IMG/VR virus record: IMGVR_UViG_3300032235_000776
Location: 1-64,000 of that record
Origin: a virus
DNA length: 64,000 nucleotides
Reading direction: 5' to 3' (one strand)
The position numbers and the translations under genes are program-made. The stretch's first letter is position 1; every line of letters starts with the position of its first letter. The notes under the pieces are model-generated. The model ran no database searches and was not told the DNA's origin. It saw only the letters and a program-made list of their open reading frames with translations. Below, piece after piece: positions 6,760 to 16,095 of this stretch.

Positions 6760-7079
6760 TGGCTTAGATTAAAAAACTCGTAACCGTAACCCGTAGAGAT
6801 TTAACTATCTCTCAACAAGCTGTACAATCTACACATGCAGCTTTAGATTTTGTATTTCAAAATCCCATAACAGCTTTGTTATGGCATCAATCAAATTACC
6901 TTATTCAATTAACCGTAGCTGACGAGGAGGAGTTACTGAATTTAAAAGTCAAACTCTCCGATGTCTCTGTAAAGCATACTGCTTTCAGAGAACCAGATAT
7001 GGACAATCAATTAACTGCTATATGTATAGCACCTGGTAAATTAACAAAGGAAATAACAAAAAAATTTAAATTATTATGA
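6759..7079 (+). CDS. Pth2-like peptidyl-tRNA hydrolase with in-frame TAG at codon 3
   Basis: ATG GCT TAG ATT AAA AAA CTC..., in frame with listed 6876-7079; KLVTVTRRDL..QQAVQSTHAA..FREPD..QLTAICIAP motifs. Confidence 0.82.
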
Positions 7080-7405
7080 TCGCAACTCGCATTATATCCG
7101 CAGAAAATGAAATTTATAATGGTAGACTCATTATAAAATTTGACAGACATAGAATAGTGTTACCTAATAACAACAGTAAAAGAATGTATTTAGGTAAAAG
7201 AAGATACAGAGAATTAATGAATTCAGCAGTAAGTAAAGATATACCTTTAAGATATACTGATGAATATCTATATCATTTACCAAAGAAACTAAAAGAAAGT
7301 ATAGTATTCGATGAACCTGTTAAAGTACAACCTGTTAAAACTCAAGTAGTTACAGAAGAACCTATAAAACAAAAAAGATTTTTTCGATCTTTATTTGGTT
7401 TGTAA
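7076..7405 (+). CDS. hypothetical protein
   Basis: ATGA overlap with Pth2-like gene. Confidence 0.7.
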   Translation: MIATRIISAENEIYNGRLIIKFDRHRIVLPNNNSKRMYLGKRRYRELMNSAVSKDIPLRYTDEYLYHLPKKLKESIVFDEPVKVQPVKTQVVTEEPIKQKRFFRSLFGL

Positions 7406-7425
7406 AAATAAAAGTTGTATATTTG
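7394..7425 (+). promoter_or_regulatory. promoter of tRNA operon 3
   Basis: TTTG(7394-97)-N20-TATATTTG(7418-25). Confidence 0.85.
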
Positions 7426-7429
7426 TAGT

Positions 7430-7504
7430 ATGAAAGTAACATTTACACAGCGTCCAGAGCAACATACCCCATGTTTTACATGGAGTGCTAGGGTCATTGT
7501 GTAA
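7430..7504 (+). CDS. attenuator leader peptide 3 (MKVTFTQRPEQHTPCFTWSARVIV)
   Basis: Codons 4-17 use only, and all of, the 8 amino acids of array 3. Confidence 0.9.
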   Translation: MKVTFTQRPEQHTPCFTWSARVIV

Positions 7505-7532
7505 ATGCATATTCAATATGTCAAAGACTTTG

Positions 7533-7559
7533 AACCCTGGCTAAACACCAGGGTTTTTT
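7533..7559 (+). terminator. attenuator terminator 3
   Basis: AACCCTGG/CCAGGGTT plus T-tract; 5' arm can instead pair with GCTAGGGT (7487-7494). Confidence 0.9.
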
Positions 7560-7566
7560 GTTTTAT

Positions 7567-7639
7567 GCTCGGTTAGTTCACATGGTTAAAACAGTGGGTT
7601 TTCACCCCACAGTAACGAGTTCGATTCTCGTACCGAGTA
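7567..7639 (+). tRNA. tRNA-Glu(UUC)
   Basis: GCTCGGT/ACCGAGT-A; GTGGG-TTTTCAC-CCCAC. Confidence 0.9.
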
Positions 7640-7646
7640 CAAAATT

Positions 7647-7734
7647 CGGGGAGTAGGTCTGTAGTCTGGTAGCAGTCCTGCCTTGGAAGCAGGTGGAGTA
7701 AAATCCCTCGTTGGTTCGAATCCAACCTTCCCGA
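7647..7734 (+). tRNA. tRNA-Pro(UGG) with long variable arm
   Basis: CGGGGAG/CTTCCCG-A; CCTGC-CTTGGAA-GCAGG. Confidence 0.88.
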
Positions 7735-7740
7735 CAATAA

Positions 7741-7812
7741 GTTAGGTTGACTGAATGGTAAGGTCACGGTCTGCAAAACCGCTGTTCGTAGGTTCGATTC
7801 CTACACCTAACT
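7741..7812 (+). tRNA. tRNA-Cys(GCA)
   Basis: GTTAGGT/ACCTAAC-T (U73); loop CTGCAAA. Confidence 0.92.
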
Positions 7813-7816
7813 CTAT

Positions 7817-7891
7817 GGTACATGAGCTAGTCTGGTGATTCAGCGCATGCCTGAAGAGCATGAGAATAAGGTTCGATTCCTTGATGTACCA
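7817..7891 (+). tRNA. tRNA-Phe(GAA)
   Basis: GGTACAT/ATGTACC-A; CATGC-CTGAAGA-GCATG. Confidence 0.9.
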
Positions 7892-7898
7892 CAAATAA

Positions 7899-7972
7899 GC
7901 CTCCAAAGCATAATTGGCTTGATGCACCCGGTTTGTACCCGGGATAACTGGGTTCGACTCCTAGTGGAGGCT
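7899..7972 (+). tRNA. tRNA-Thr(UGU)
   Basis: GCCTCCA/TGGAGGC; CCCGG-TTTGTAC-CCGGG. Confidence 0.92.
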
Positions 7973-7973
7973 C

Positions 7974-8045
7974 TAAGATATAGTTCAGTGAATAGAACAT
8001 CTCCCTACGAAGGAGAAGACATAGGTTTGAATCCTATTATCTTAT
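7974..8045 (+). tRNA. tRNA-Arg(ACG)
   Basis: TAAGATA/TATCTTA; TCTCC-CTACGAA-GGAGA; encoded CCA 8046-48. Confidence 0.9.
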
Positions 8046-8047
8046 CC

Positions 8048-8120
8048 ACTCCGGTCTTCTAATCGGCAGGAAATCTAACTTTGAATTAGATAATAGTAGG
8101 TTCGAATCCTCTCTGGAGTA
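8048..8120 (+). tRNA. tRNA-Gln(UUG)
   Basis: ACTCCGG/CTGGAGT-A; TCTAA-CTTTGAA-TTAGA. Confidence 0.88.
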
Positions 8121-8126
8121 CAATAT

Positions 8127-8198
8127 GGTGTTTGAAGCATTAAGGTGATGCGCTTTCTTGTGACGAAAGAGAATACGGCTCAATACCGTACTAACACC
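8127..8198 (+). tRNA. tRNA-His(GUG)
   Basis: G-1:C73; CTTTC-TTGTGAC-GAAAG. Confidence 0.88.
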
Positions 8199-8262
8199 CT
8201 AATCCATATTCCAATCTATCATAAGTAGGATTATTCCTACTATAATACCAACAATAAATCCT

Positions 8263-9990
8263 TTAATTATTAAGGCTTCCATTAATTAAATTATTAAGTA
8301 ATTCTCTATCTTCTGCTGCTTTATACCAACCTTTTTCATAGAGAGCATCCATTTGACCACCTCTTGAAAAGTGATTGTGAATTGTTTTAGTATTCTCTAC
8401 AATTGCAGCTAAACCCTTGCTTCTCATTTGATGCCATAACCAATTGTCACAACCTACGTGATGGAAGCGAGTATCAAAGATTTCTCCATTTGATAAATAA
8501 TCAATTGCACTTCTTTTGATCATGAAGTGTTCGCACTCTTGTACACCGGTGTTAAAGATAAGTAACTCATAACCAACCTTTTGTGATTTAATTACTGCTT
8601 TGATAAAGTCATCTGCATGGAATACTACATCACTTGCAGCAAAGCAAATAAAGTATCCATTACTTTCTTGTACTCCAATTTTTACTTTTTCCGGCACAGT
8701 TTCATCTCCTTCAATAGTATGAATAGAAATTAACTCCTGAGGATAGTTTTGTTTTGCAATGGAAGCCAGGCATTTATCCAATCCTTCATCTCTATAACCC
8801 ACTACATGAGGGATAATAACAGAGATAGTTGGTAATCCATTGTAAAATCTAAAGTCTCTTAGATAATCCGAGTTATTTGGTTGGTATTCTAAGCACTTAT
8901 TAAGGTGCTCCTTAGCTTCATTAATCATTCCCATAAAGCCATATGCAACATATAGTATTCTATGAGGCTCGTCAGTGTAATGACTCATGTTATTTGCATA
9001 ATAATTATTATATGGAATCTCTAAAGCAGCTTTAGCATATGCTACAGCCTGTAAAAGTCTATTATTAAGTAAGTAAAAATTAGCAAATTCAATGTAAGGT
9101 TCTCTTCTTGAGCCATCAGTGTAGATAGATTGGTTATAGTAATCAACCTGTTTATCCGGCATATTGAGAAATCCATAGCATCTACCTATAAAAATCATGC
9201 TTTGAGCATTTTCCATAGGCATTTTACCCATCGTAAGATGTCTTTTTAACTCTCTAATAGCACTTCTATATCTACCGGTAAACATTAATTCTCTACCAAA
9301 GTAGTGAGAGTTACGATCATTCTCAGGATTAAGGTAAGTATCAATTGCAAGACCTCTTAAGTAATGAGATCTGTTAGTTTCTGGGTTTTGAAAGTGCTCT
9401 AACTTGATTACATCCTCTCCAACATACTGTCTTTTTGCATCTCCCTGTAAAACTTCATGAATTACACCTACCCATTTTAAGCATCTTCTATCATATGCCT
9501 TAGAATGCAGGAATTGAATTGCTGGAGATCCATCAGGAAGGTGACTAAATACAAAATTATACTCCAATTGTTGGATATTATCATCAATTAATTTAGAAAT
9601 TAGATCAATATTAAAGGAAGTAAAGATTTCATCACAATCAGGAGTAAAAATAAAGTCTGTATTGGAGAATGTTGCAATGTAATTCCTTGCAGATGAGTAG
9701 TCAAACTGTCTATCTCCTTCTTTAATTACGTTTGCATCTCCATCTACTACATATTTTTCATTAATTTTGGAAGAAAGCTCTTCATCAACCTTAATAAGGA
9801 ACTTATCTCCTACTGTAATGACATTTGCTCCCCAATTTTTAGCTACTTCCACTGTATTATCAGTAGATCCAGTGTCAAGAATATGTACTTCTCCTCCTCT
9901 GGCTTTAAATTCATCCAGGGATTTTAATAATCTTGGTAGAGTCTTAGACTCATTCCTTGCAATTAGGCAAAATGAAAAATTCATGCACAA
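8263..9990 (-). CDS. GT2 glycosyltransferase-TPR-GT2 fusion
   Basis: LIARNE, DTGSTDNT, SARN, DCDE, IHE motifs; TPR-like middle; second ISVIIP GT2 domain. Confidence 0.9.
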   Translation of the reverse strand: MCMNFSFCLIARNESKTLPRLLKSLDEFKARGGEVHILDTGSTDNTVEVAKNWGANVITVGDKFLIKVDEELSSKINEKYVVDGDANVIKEGDRQFDYSSARNYIATFSNTDFIFTPDCDEIFTSFNIDLISKLIDDNIQQLEYNFVFSHLPDGSPAIQFLHSKAYDRRCLKWVGVIHEVLQGDAKRQYVGEDVIKLEHFQNPETNRSHYLRGLAIDTYLNPENDRNSHYFGRELMFTGRYRSAIRELKRHLTMGKMPMENAQSMIFIGRCYGFLNMPDKQVDYYNQSIYTDGSRREPYIEFANFYLLNNRLLQAVAYAKAALEIPYNNYYANNMSHYTDEPHRILYVAYGFMGMINEAKEHLNKCLEYQPNNSDYLRDFRFYNGLPTISVIIPHVVGYRDEGLDKCLASIAKQNYPQELISIHTIEGDETVPEKVKIGVQESNGYFICFAASDVVFHADDFIKAVIKSQKVGYELLIFNTGVQECEHFMIKRSAIDYLSNGEIFDTRFHHVGCDNWLWHQMRSKGLAAIVENTKTIHNHFSRGGQMDALYEKGWYKAAEDRELLNNLINGSLNN

Positions 9991-9995
9991 ATATA

Positions 9996-10499
9996 TTACT
10001 TTTCCAGTAATTCTATTGCATCAATGTTCTCAACTTCTAATTTTAAATTGTCATCTGCCCATTCTTTAAATGGATTCGGCAACATACTGTACCACTTAGA
10101 TAGTCCAAGTACCCAAGCAAGGTACTCATAGCAATAGAATTTCTCTGCTGCCTTTCTTTCATCGGTATAACCATAGTACTTTCCAGTAACTGTGTTTATT
10201 AATTGATAGAAAAGCAAACTTGCAAAGTCATACTTAGTATTACCTACTTTTGATAGGGCTTTTGCTCTATATGACTTAGGTACTTTGTATACTGTTACCT
10301 TTTGTTCTTTAATCCAATCTTTAAAAGGGATTAATATAACTCCATGCATGTCCGCTTCCACTATAAATTGATTTTTATCAATTGTAATAAGGAATGCTGC
10401 GTGGTTGTAATAAGTTTTTGCAAACTTACGAATTGCCCAAGAGATAAATGTCAAGGGTCTTTTCCAATTTAATGGTGTGTGTACTATTAGTGCTTTCAT
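9996..10499 (-). CDS. permuted papain-like NlpC/P60 (YiiX/YebB-like) enzyme
   Basis: N-terminal YNHAA His, KYDF, C-terminal FYCYEY Cys. Confidence 0.75.
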   Translation of the reverse strand: MKALIVHTPLNWKRPLTFISWAIRKFAKTYYNHAAFLITIDKNQFIVEADMHGVILIPFKDWIKEQKVTVYKVPKSYRAKALSKVGNTKYDFASLLFYQLINTVTGKYYGYTDERKAAEKFYCYEYLAWVLGLSKWYSMLPNPFKEWADDNLKLEVENIDAIELLEK

Positions 10500-13400
10500 T
10501 AGTAATCTGTTTCTATATATACTTTTGCTACTTCTAAATTATCTGCTGCAGCTATGGCTCCATTTCTTACTTCTGCTTTAAATGCCATACCTGTATTTGC
10601 AGCTGGTAAATCTGTAGTGTAACTTGTCTCAAGAACTGTAACTCCAGAATGTATGTTTAAAATTCTTACAAATAATTCTGAACCACCTGGGGCCATATAC
10701 ATTATAAGGTCATAACCATGTGTAGTATTGGACCTTAAAGCATTTGCTCCAAGGTCTACTTTTGTTGCAGTTCCTGTACCGTCATTTCTCATAAAGAACC
10801 AGTTGCCGGCACTGTTATCTGCAGCATCATAACCCATTCCACACATATTAGTTAGTGCTGAAGGTTCCCCAGCTAAGGCACCAGTAGATGCACATAGTCC
10901 TACAAACTTTTGACCACCATTTAAGTTTATGTTAGCACCAAGTTGAGCTCTGAAAAAGAATCCTCCAAATCCTGTAGCAGATCCTCTAAACCATTGAGTA
11001 TAAGCTGTTCTCATACCAGTAGCGTTACCAGCCGTAGTAGATGTTTGGAATCTTTTTCTCCACGTAGCTAACCAAGGACTTGAAGATGCAATTGTTTGTT
11101 GAACAGACATAGTTGCAGCTGTAGTAAGAGTTCCTCCTATTGCTGTTGGAGCACTAGTACCTGAAGCAGGAGCTACTAAGAATACTGCATTACCATGAAG
11201 ACCTACTTGAAGAATTGTATCTACACCACTTGGACCTATAATTTTAGGTAAGTGTCTTCCACCAACTATTTTAGAGTATAGTAGTAATCCACCTGTTGGA
11301 GCAGCCGGGTCAGTAGTAGAAACAAGTTTAAGATTATCTCCAAATATCTCAACATTTGCAGCTCCTGATAATCCTCCTACTCCATTATTATATTGAATTT
11401 CTCCTGTTGTTCCTCCTGGAGTTACTGAAGGACCTGTATATCCTGTATACCCAGTTGCTCCAATAGAACCACTTGGACCAGTGTAGCCTGTATATCCGGT
11501 ATATCCAGTAAAATTACCTGGTCCAGTATATCCAGTATACCCAGTAGGACCTATATTTCCTTGTGGACCTGTAAATCCAGTGAATCCAGTTGGCCCTTGT
11601 GGCCCAGTATAACCAGTAAAACCAGTTGCTCCAATTACACCTTGAGGTCCGGTATAACCGGTAAACCCAGTATACCCAGTTGGACCAGTAACATTTGAAT
11701 CTGCTCCGGTATATCCAGTGTAACCTGTGTAACCTGTTGCACCAATTGGACCATCAGGTCCTGTAAAACCTGTGAAACCGATAGGGCCTATTGGTCCGGT
11801 AAAGCCGGTATATCCTGTATATCCTGTGAAATTACCTGGTCCCGTATAACCTGTAGGTCCCGTATAACCTGTAAAATTTCCTGGACCAGTATATCCAGTG
11901 TAACCCGTTGCTCCTTGTGGACCATTAGGTCCAGTGTAACCCGTAGGACCAGTTGGACTAATAACACTAACAGAAGTTACAACAAACGAATAGAATTGAG
12001 TACCTTCAGTGTAGAAGGTAACTGGGTGAGATCCGCCTCCTATGTTTTTAACATAGATTTTAACAATCATTTTGTCTGTTGTTAGAATGGTTGTTGTAGG
12101 TAGTGTAATATCAGTTAGTACTAAAACTGGTGTAACAGCATCGATCCATGTGATTAATACTGAACTAGAAGTTAATATAGTTCCGTAGCCAACCCCTGCT
12201 GAGTTTGCTAACTCTATAGTAACATATGCTTCAAAATTATGACCTGGAGCACCCTTTAATAAATGTAAGTGGAATTGTTGAACACCACCAGGAATTACTG
12301 CAAAACCAAGTTCAGGTGTTAAAAATTCTTGCATTAACCTACTTGTACCCGAACCAATTCCAGTTTGTAACACTGTTTGTTGAACAGCTCCACTAGGTGT
12401 TATTGCTAATACTTTATATGGAGCTACATCAGAGTTTTGTGATTGATTAAAATAATATGTTGCCCCTAATGAAAGTCCATTAGGCCCAGTGTATCCAGTT
12501 GGACCTGTAACATTTGAGGCAGGTCCCGTATAACCCGTATAACCAGTAAAACCTGTTGCCCCATTACTTCCATTTACCCCTGTATATCCAGTATAGCCTG
12601 TTGCTCCTGTTGCTCCTGCACCAGTATAACCTGTATACCCCGTAGGACCAGTTACTGTTGATGCAGCTCCCTGTGGACCTGTATACCCAGTAAAACCTGT
12701 GGGACCTTGACTACCTTGAGGTCCAGTAAAACCAGTTGGACCAGTAAAACCTATAGGACCAGTAAATCCTGTAAATCCTGTTGCACCTCTTGGACCTGTA
12801 AATCCTGTTGGACCAGTTGGTCCAATACTACCATTTGGACCTGTATATCCGGTAGGACCTGTAACTGTTGATGGTAAACCTGTTGCTCCCGTATACCCAG
12901 TATAGCCAGTGTATCCAGTGTATCCAGTACTTCCTTGATTTCCTGTATAACCCGTAAATCCAGTTGGTCCTGTATAACCTGTAAAGTTACCAGGACCTGT
13001 ATACCCTGTATAACCTGTGTGACCAGTATAACCGGTGTAACCAGTAAAATTACCCGGTCCGGTATAACCAGTGGGACCAGTAGGACCATCAATTCCATCA
13101 TAACCAGTATATCCTGTTGGTCCTGTAGGTCCAATAGGTCCACCTGAAGGACCAGTGTATCCAGTAAAACCGGTGTATCCAGTTGATCCAGTATATCCAG
13201 TATGTCCTGTATATCCAGTCATACCAGTATAACCTGTAGGACCGGTAGCACCAATACCAGATATCTTATAATTACCTGAAGCATCGTGTACTCCCCATTC
13301 CTTACCATCAAACATAGCCATTTCACCAGGAACTAAAATAGTTTGAAAAATTACAAATGAAACTCCATTTACATTTTTTCTAAAAATAATAGTACATGGT

Positions 13401-13615
13401 AAAGCTGCATCAGTATTTGATACAACTAAATTATTTATATTTGCTCTTTTAAGACCATCAGGTGGATAGATGGGATTAATAGTAACAGTGCCAGGAACAT
13501 TTACTTTTCCATATGTATTAGTACTATTTAAATAGTCATATGTCAAAGAATATTCAATAACAGCAGCACTGTCAGTAGTTATAGTAAGTGTATCTTTAGG
13601 TGTTATATATAGCAT
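10499..13615 (-). CDS. collagen-like (G-X-T) fibre protein
   Basis: Two long G-[YFPA]-T triplet tracts separated by a globular domain; C-terminal beta domain. Confidence 0.88.
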   Translation of the reverse strand: MLYITPKDTLTITTDSAAVIEYSLTYDYLNSTNTYGKVNVPGTVTINPIYPPDGLKRANINNLVVSNTDAALPCTIIFRKNVNGVSFVIFQTILVPGEMAMFDGKEWGVHDASGNYKISGIGATGPTGYTGMTGYTGHTGYTGSTGYTGFTGYTGPSGGPIGPTGPTGYTGYDGIDGPTGPTGYTGPGNFTGYTGYTGHTGYTGYTGPGNFTGYTGPTGFTGYTGNQGSTGYTGYTGYTGYTGATGLPSTVTGPTGYTGPNGSIGPTGPTGFTGPRGATGFTGFTGPIGFTGPTGFTGPQGSQGPTGFTGYTGPQGAASTVTGPTGYTGYTGAGATGATGYTGYTGVNGSNGATGFTGYTGYTGPASNVTGPTGYTGPNGLSLGATYYFNQSQNSDVAPYKVLAITPSGAVQQTVLQTGIGSGTSRLMQEFLTPELGFAVIPGGVQQFHLHLLKGAPGHNFEAYVTIELANSAGVGYGTILTSSSVLITWIDAVTPVLVLTDITLPTTTILTTDKMIVKIYVKNIGGGSHPVTFYTEGTQFYSFVVTSVSVISPTGPTGYTGPNGPQGATGYTGYTGPGNFTGYTGPTGYTGPGNFTGYTGYTGFTGPIGPIGFTGFTGPDGPIGATGYTGYTGYTGADSNVTGPTGYTGFTGYTGPQGVIGATGFTGYTGPQGPTGFTGFTGPQGNIGPTGYTGYTGPGNFTGYTGYTGYTGPSGSIGATGYTGYTGPSVTPGGTTGEIQYNNGVGGLSGAANVEIFGDNLKLVSTTDPAAPTGGLLLYSKIVGGRHLPKIIGPSGVDTILQVGLHGNAVFLVAPASGTSAPTAIGGTLTTAATMSVQQTIASSSPWLATWRKRFQTSTTAGNATGMRTAYTQWFRGSATGFGGFFFRAQLGANINLNGGQKFVGLCASTGALAGEPSALTNMCGMGYDAADNSAGNWFFMRNDGTGTATKVDLGANALRSNTTHGYDLIMYMAPGGSELFVRILNIHSGVTVLETSYTTDLPAANTGMAFKAEVRNGAIAAADNLEVAKVYIETDY

Positions 13616-13771
13616 TATATAAGAGGAAGCATAAGGCTCCTATTTAAATATACGAAAAATTAAACAAAATATGTAAATAATAAATTTTGTTTAGCTTTTT
13701 AATAATTTATATTACTATATTTGTAAAAGTAAATATTTTTAATTATATTTATTTAACCAATCCATATTAAG

Positions 13772-14113
13772 ATGGCTACTTTAATTCAAAAAACCCACGT
13801 TCTTCCTAGCTCGTATGATTCTGTAAGATTCCAGATCTACCTGCATGTTTTCTTAACTGACTTCCCCTTAAGTAAAGGTGAAATTAATGCTCTTTCAATA
13901 TTTTATATTAAAGGAATAAATGAAGAAGCAATTGATTCTATTATTTCAGAAAAAATATTTAAAAATAGACAAACAGTTGGAAACTTCATAAGTAAACTTA
14001 CCAAGTTAGGTGTAATCAAAAAGACAACAAAAAAGAAAAAAGAATTTACAAATTTAATTCCAATGGCTGTTGACAGTCAAATTTTAATGAATATTAAGAT
14101 CGGTAATAAATGA
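13772..14113 (+). CDS. hypothetical protein, possible winged-helix DNA binder
   Basis: NRQTVGNFISKLTKLGVI resembles a wHTH. Confidence 0.6.
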   Translation: MATLIQKTHVLPSSYDSVRFQIYLHVFLTDFPLSKGEINALSIFYIKGINEEAIDSIISEKIFKNRQTVGNFISKLTKLGVIKKTTKKKKEFTNLIPMAVDSQILMNIKIGNK

Positions 14114-14517
14114 ACCCTATAAATGCAAAAACCATCAGAGATATATCACAAGGTATAGCTGATAAAAATGGTGTTTCTAAAAAAGGAGTTGAAGAACTAT
14201 TTAGTTATTTCTATCAGAAAGTAGTTAAAAAGAATCTTCAGAGTTTTGAAAAATCTCAATTTTCAATTAGTCACTTTGGAACATTTGCATTAGTCATGAC
14301 TCCAAAGACTTTAAAATCTTTAGAAGACAGATGTAAAAAATCCTATGCTCATTATGAAGAGGAGTTAAAAGACCCAGAATCCCCGGCTTGGGTATTAAAA
14401 ACTTTTGAATCCTATAAGAATATCATAAAGAATATAGAAAGACTTAAGAAAGAAGATGAAGAGGCACTAATAAAAAAGAAACAAATTAAAGAACAAAGAA
14501 AAGTATATGTTGGATAA
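14110..14517 (+). CDS. HU/IHF-like protein
   Basis: IADKNGVSKKGVEE...ISHFGTF; typical of crAss-like late module. Confidence 0.7.
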   Translation: MNPINAKTIRDISQGIADKNGVSKKGVEELFSYFYQKVVKKNLQSFEKSQFSISHFGTFALVMTPKTLKSLEDRCKKSYAHYEEELKDPESPAWVLKTFESYKNIIKNIERLKKEDEEALIKKKQIKEQRKVYVG

Positions 14518-14815
14518 ACTTAAAAAAATCATAGAAAACAGAAGTCAAATTCTTGAGGGAATTAAAAATTCTGTATTCAAGACCGAGCATACTGAAGAAG
14601 TTGCAAAGGCTAGAATGGATATTTGTAAAACAAATGTATGTGGTTATTATGATCCTGAAGGCAAATCTGAAGCAGCAGTTATAAAAGGTCAACCAAGTTG
14701 TGGTGCCTGTGGTTGCTCTTTAGAATTAAAAACTCGATGCATGAGTTGTAAATGTGGTTTGGAGACATTAAACAAAATCCCGTTATGGGTAGAAATGACA
14801 GAAGAAGATGATTAA
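14507..14815 (+). CDS. Cys-rich (Zn-binding) protein
   Basis: RMDIC..C, CGACGCSL..KTRC..C.C..W. Confidence 0.7.
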   Translation: MLDKLKKIIENRSQILEGIKNSVFKTEHTEEVAKARMDICKTNVCGYYDPEGKSEAAVIKGQPSCGACGCSLELKTRCMSCKCGLETLNKIPLWVEMTEEDD

Positions 14816-15560
14816 ATTTTATGATGATACACACTTGTATCTAAATCCGGATAATGTTTCTTATCGAAGCGTGACATCCATACTTAAAAAATTAGAACCC
14901 AAAAAAGATTGGGATAAAATTACTAAAGCCTATGCTAAGAAAAACAACTTAACTGTTGAAGAAGTAAAAGCAATGTGGAAACTTGAAAAGGATAATTCTA
15001 TTATCCGTGGAAAGAAAGCACACACTATGTTAGAGGCTGAAAGTTTATCTCAAGCTGTAGTAATCATTGAGGATAAGGGGGAAATACCGGTGTTTGCTCC
15101 TCAATATGAAGATACAGTCAAAGTAAGTCCAACTATGAAGTTAACCGATGGAGTATATCCAGAGGTTATCTTATGGTTGGATAGTTATAAACTTGCCGGC
15201 CAGGCTGATAGAATTGAAATTATAGACAATACTATCAATGTATATGACTACAAAACCAATAAAAAAATAGATAAAGAAGGCTTTACTAACTACATGGGTG
15301 AGACTGAGAAATTAGTTTTTCCATGTGGTCACTTGGATAATTGTAATTTTAACATATATTCTTTACAACTTAATATGTATGCTTATATGATTAAAAGACA
15401 TAATCCAAAAATGAAAATTGGTAAAATGGAAATTATCCATCTCCTATTTGAAAATCCAGAAGATCCTGAGGAGATTACTAATAGAGTAATTTACGAGGTT
15501 CCTGATCTTCAAAAAGAAATTGGAAATATTTTAAAAGCAATTGAACAAGGAAAAATCTAA
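14808..15560 (+). CDS. PD-(D/E)XK nuclease
   Basis: SVTSIL, AGQADRI...VYDYKT, YSLQLNMY. Confidence 0.88.
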   Translation: MIKFYDDTHLYLNPDNVSYRSVTSILKKLEPKKDWDKITKAYAKKNNLTVEEVKAMWKLEKDNSIIRGKKAHTMLEAESLSQAVVIIEDKGEIPVFAPQYEDTVKVSPTMKLTDGVYPEVILWLDSYKLAGQADRIEIIDNTINVYDYKTNKKIDKEGFTNYMGETEKLVFPCGHLDNCNFNIYSLQLNMYAYMIKRHNPKMKIGKMEIIHLLFENPEDPEEITNRVIYEVPDLQKEIGNILKAIEQGKI

Positions 15561-16057
15561 TGGAAATATTTGAAATTGAAGATGGAAAAGTAAGGATCAA
15601 TACTAATTGTTTAGTAATACCTGAATTAAAAGCTGTAGTAGATAAATATGATGAACCTTTAATGGCATTAAATTTTATTTATAACATGACAAGTCCTAAA
15701 AGTCCATTTTCAAATCTACCTGAAAATGAAAAAGAGGAAGTAATTCTAATGGATTTTCCAGGGGATTACTCTCCTGAAGATCCAGAAATAAGATTGGCTA
15801 TTCTTAAAATGCAAAAGTTATTTCTCACTCCTACACGTAGATTCTTTTTAAATGCAAAAAAAGGATTGGAAACACTTGGTGAATATCTTGCAACTGCCTC
15901 AATTACAGAGGGTAAGGATAGTAACTTCTCTTCTTTTAACATGGCTCTTTCTAGAGTTGGTAAAACAATTGAGGAATTTAAAAAGCTTGAAAAGATTTAC
16001 GAGGAAGAAACGGAGTCTGCAATTCGTGGAGGCCATAGTCAAGGATATGACGAATGA
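15560..16057 (+). CDS. conserved crAss-like protein upstream of TerL (possible small terminase)
   Basis: Position; helical C-terminus ending IRGG. Confidence 0.55.
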   Translation: MEIFEIEDGKVRINTNCLVIPELKAVVDKYDEPLMALNFIYNMTSPKSPFSNLPENEKEEVILMDFPGDYSPEDPEIRLAILKMQKLFLTPTRRFFLNAKKGLETLGEYLATASITEGKDSNFSSFNMALSRVGKTIEEFKKLEKIYEEETESAIRGGHSQGYDE

Positions 16058-16095
16058 GTTCTAGATTATTTGAAATAATTATTGTATATTAATAT

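Noticed and set aside
6876-7079. 67-aa ORF starting at TTG
   Set aside because: Lacks the N-terminal Pth2 motifs found upstream in the same frame
4364-8062. ORF-track entries overlapping tRNA genes (4364-4549, 4726-4989, 5135-5323, 7573-7776, 7742-7927, 7835-8062)
   Set aside because: Shadow translations of tRNA arrays
11430-13260. CRISPR or tandem DNA repeat array
   Set aside because: Periodicity is explained by collagen G-X-T codons; no spacers
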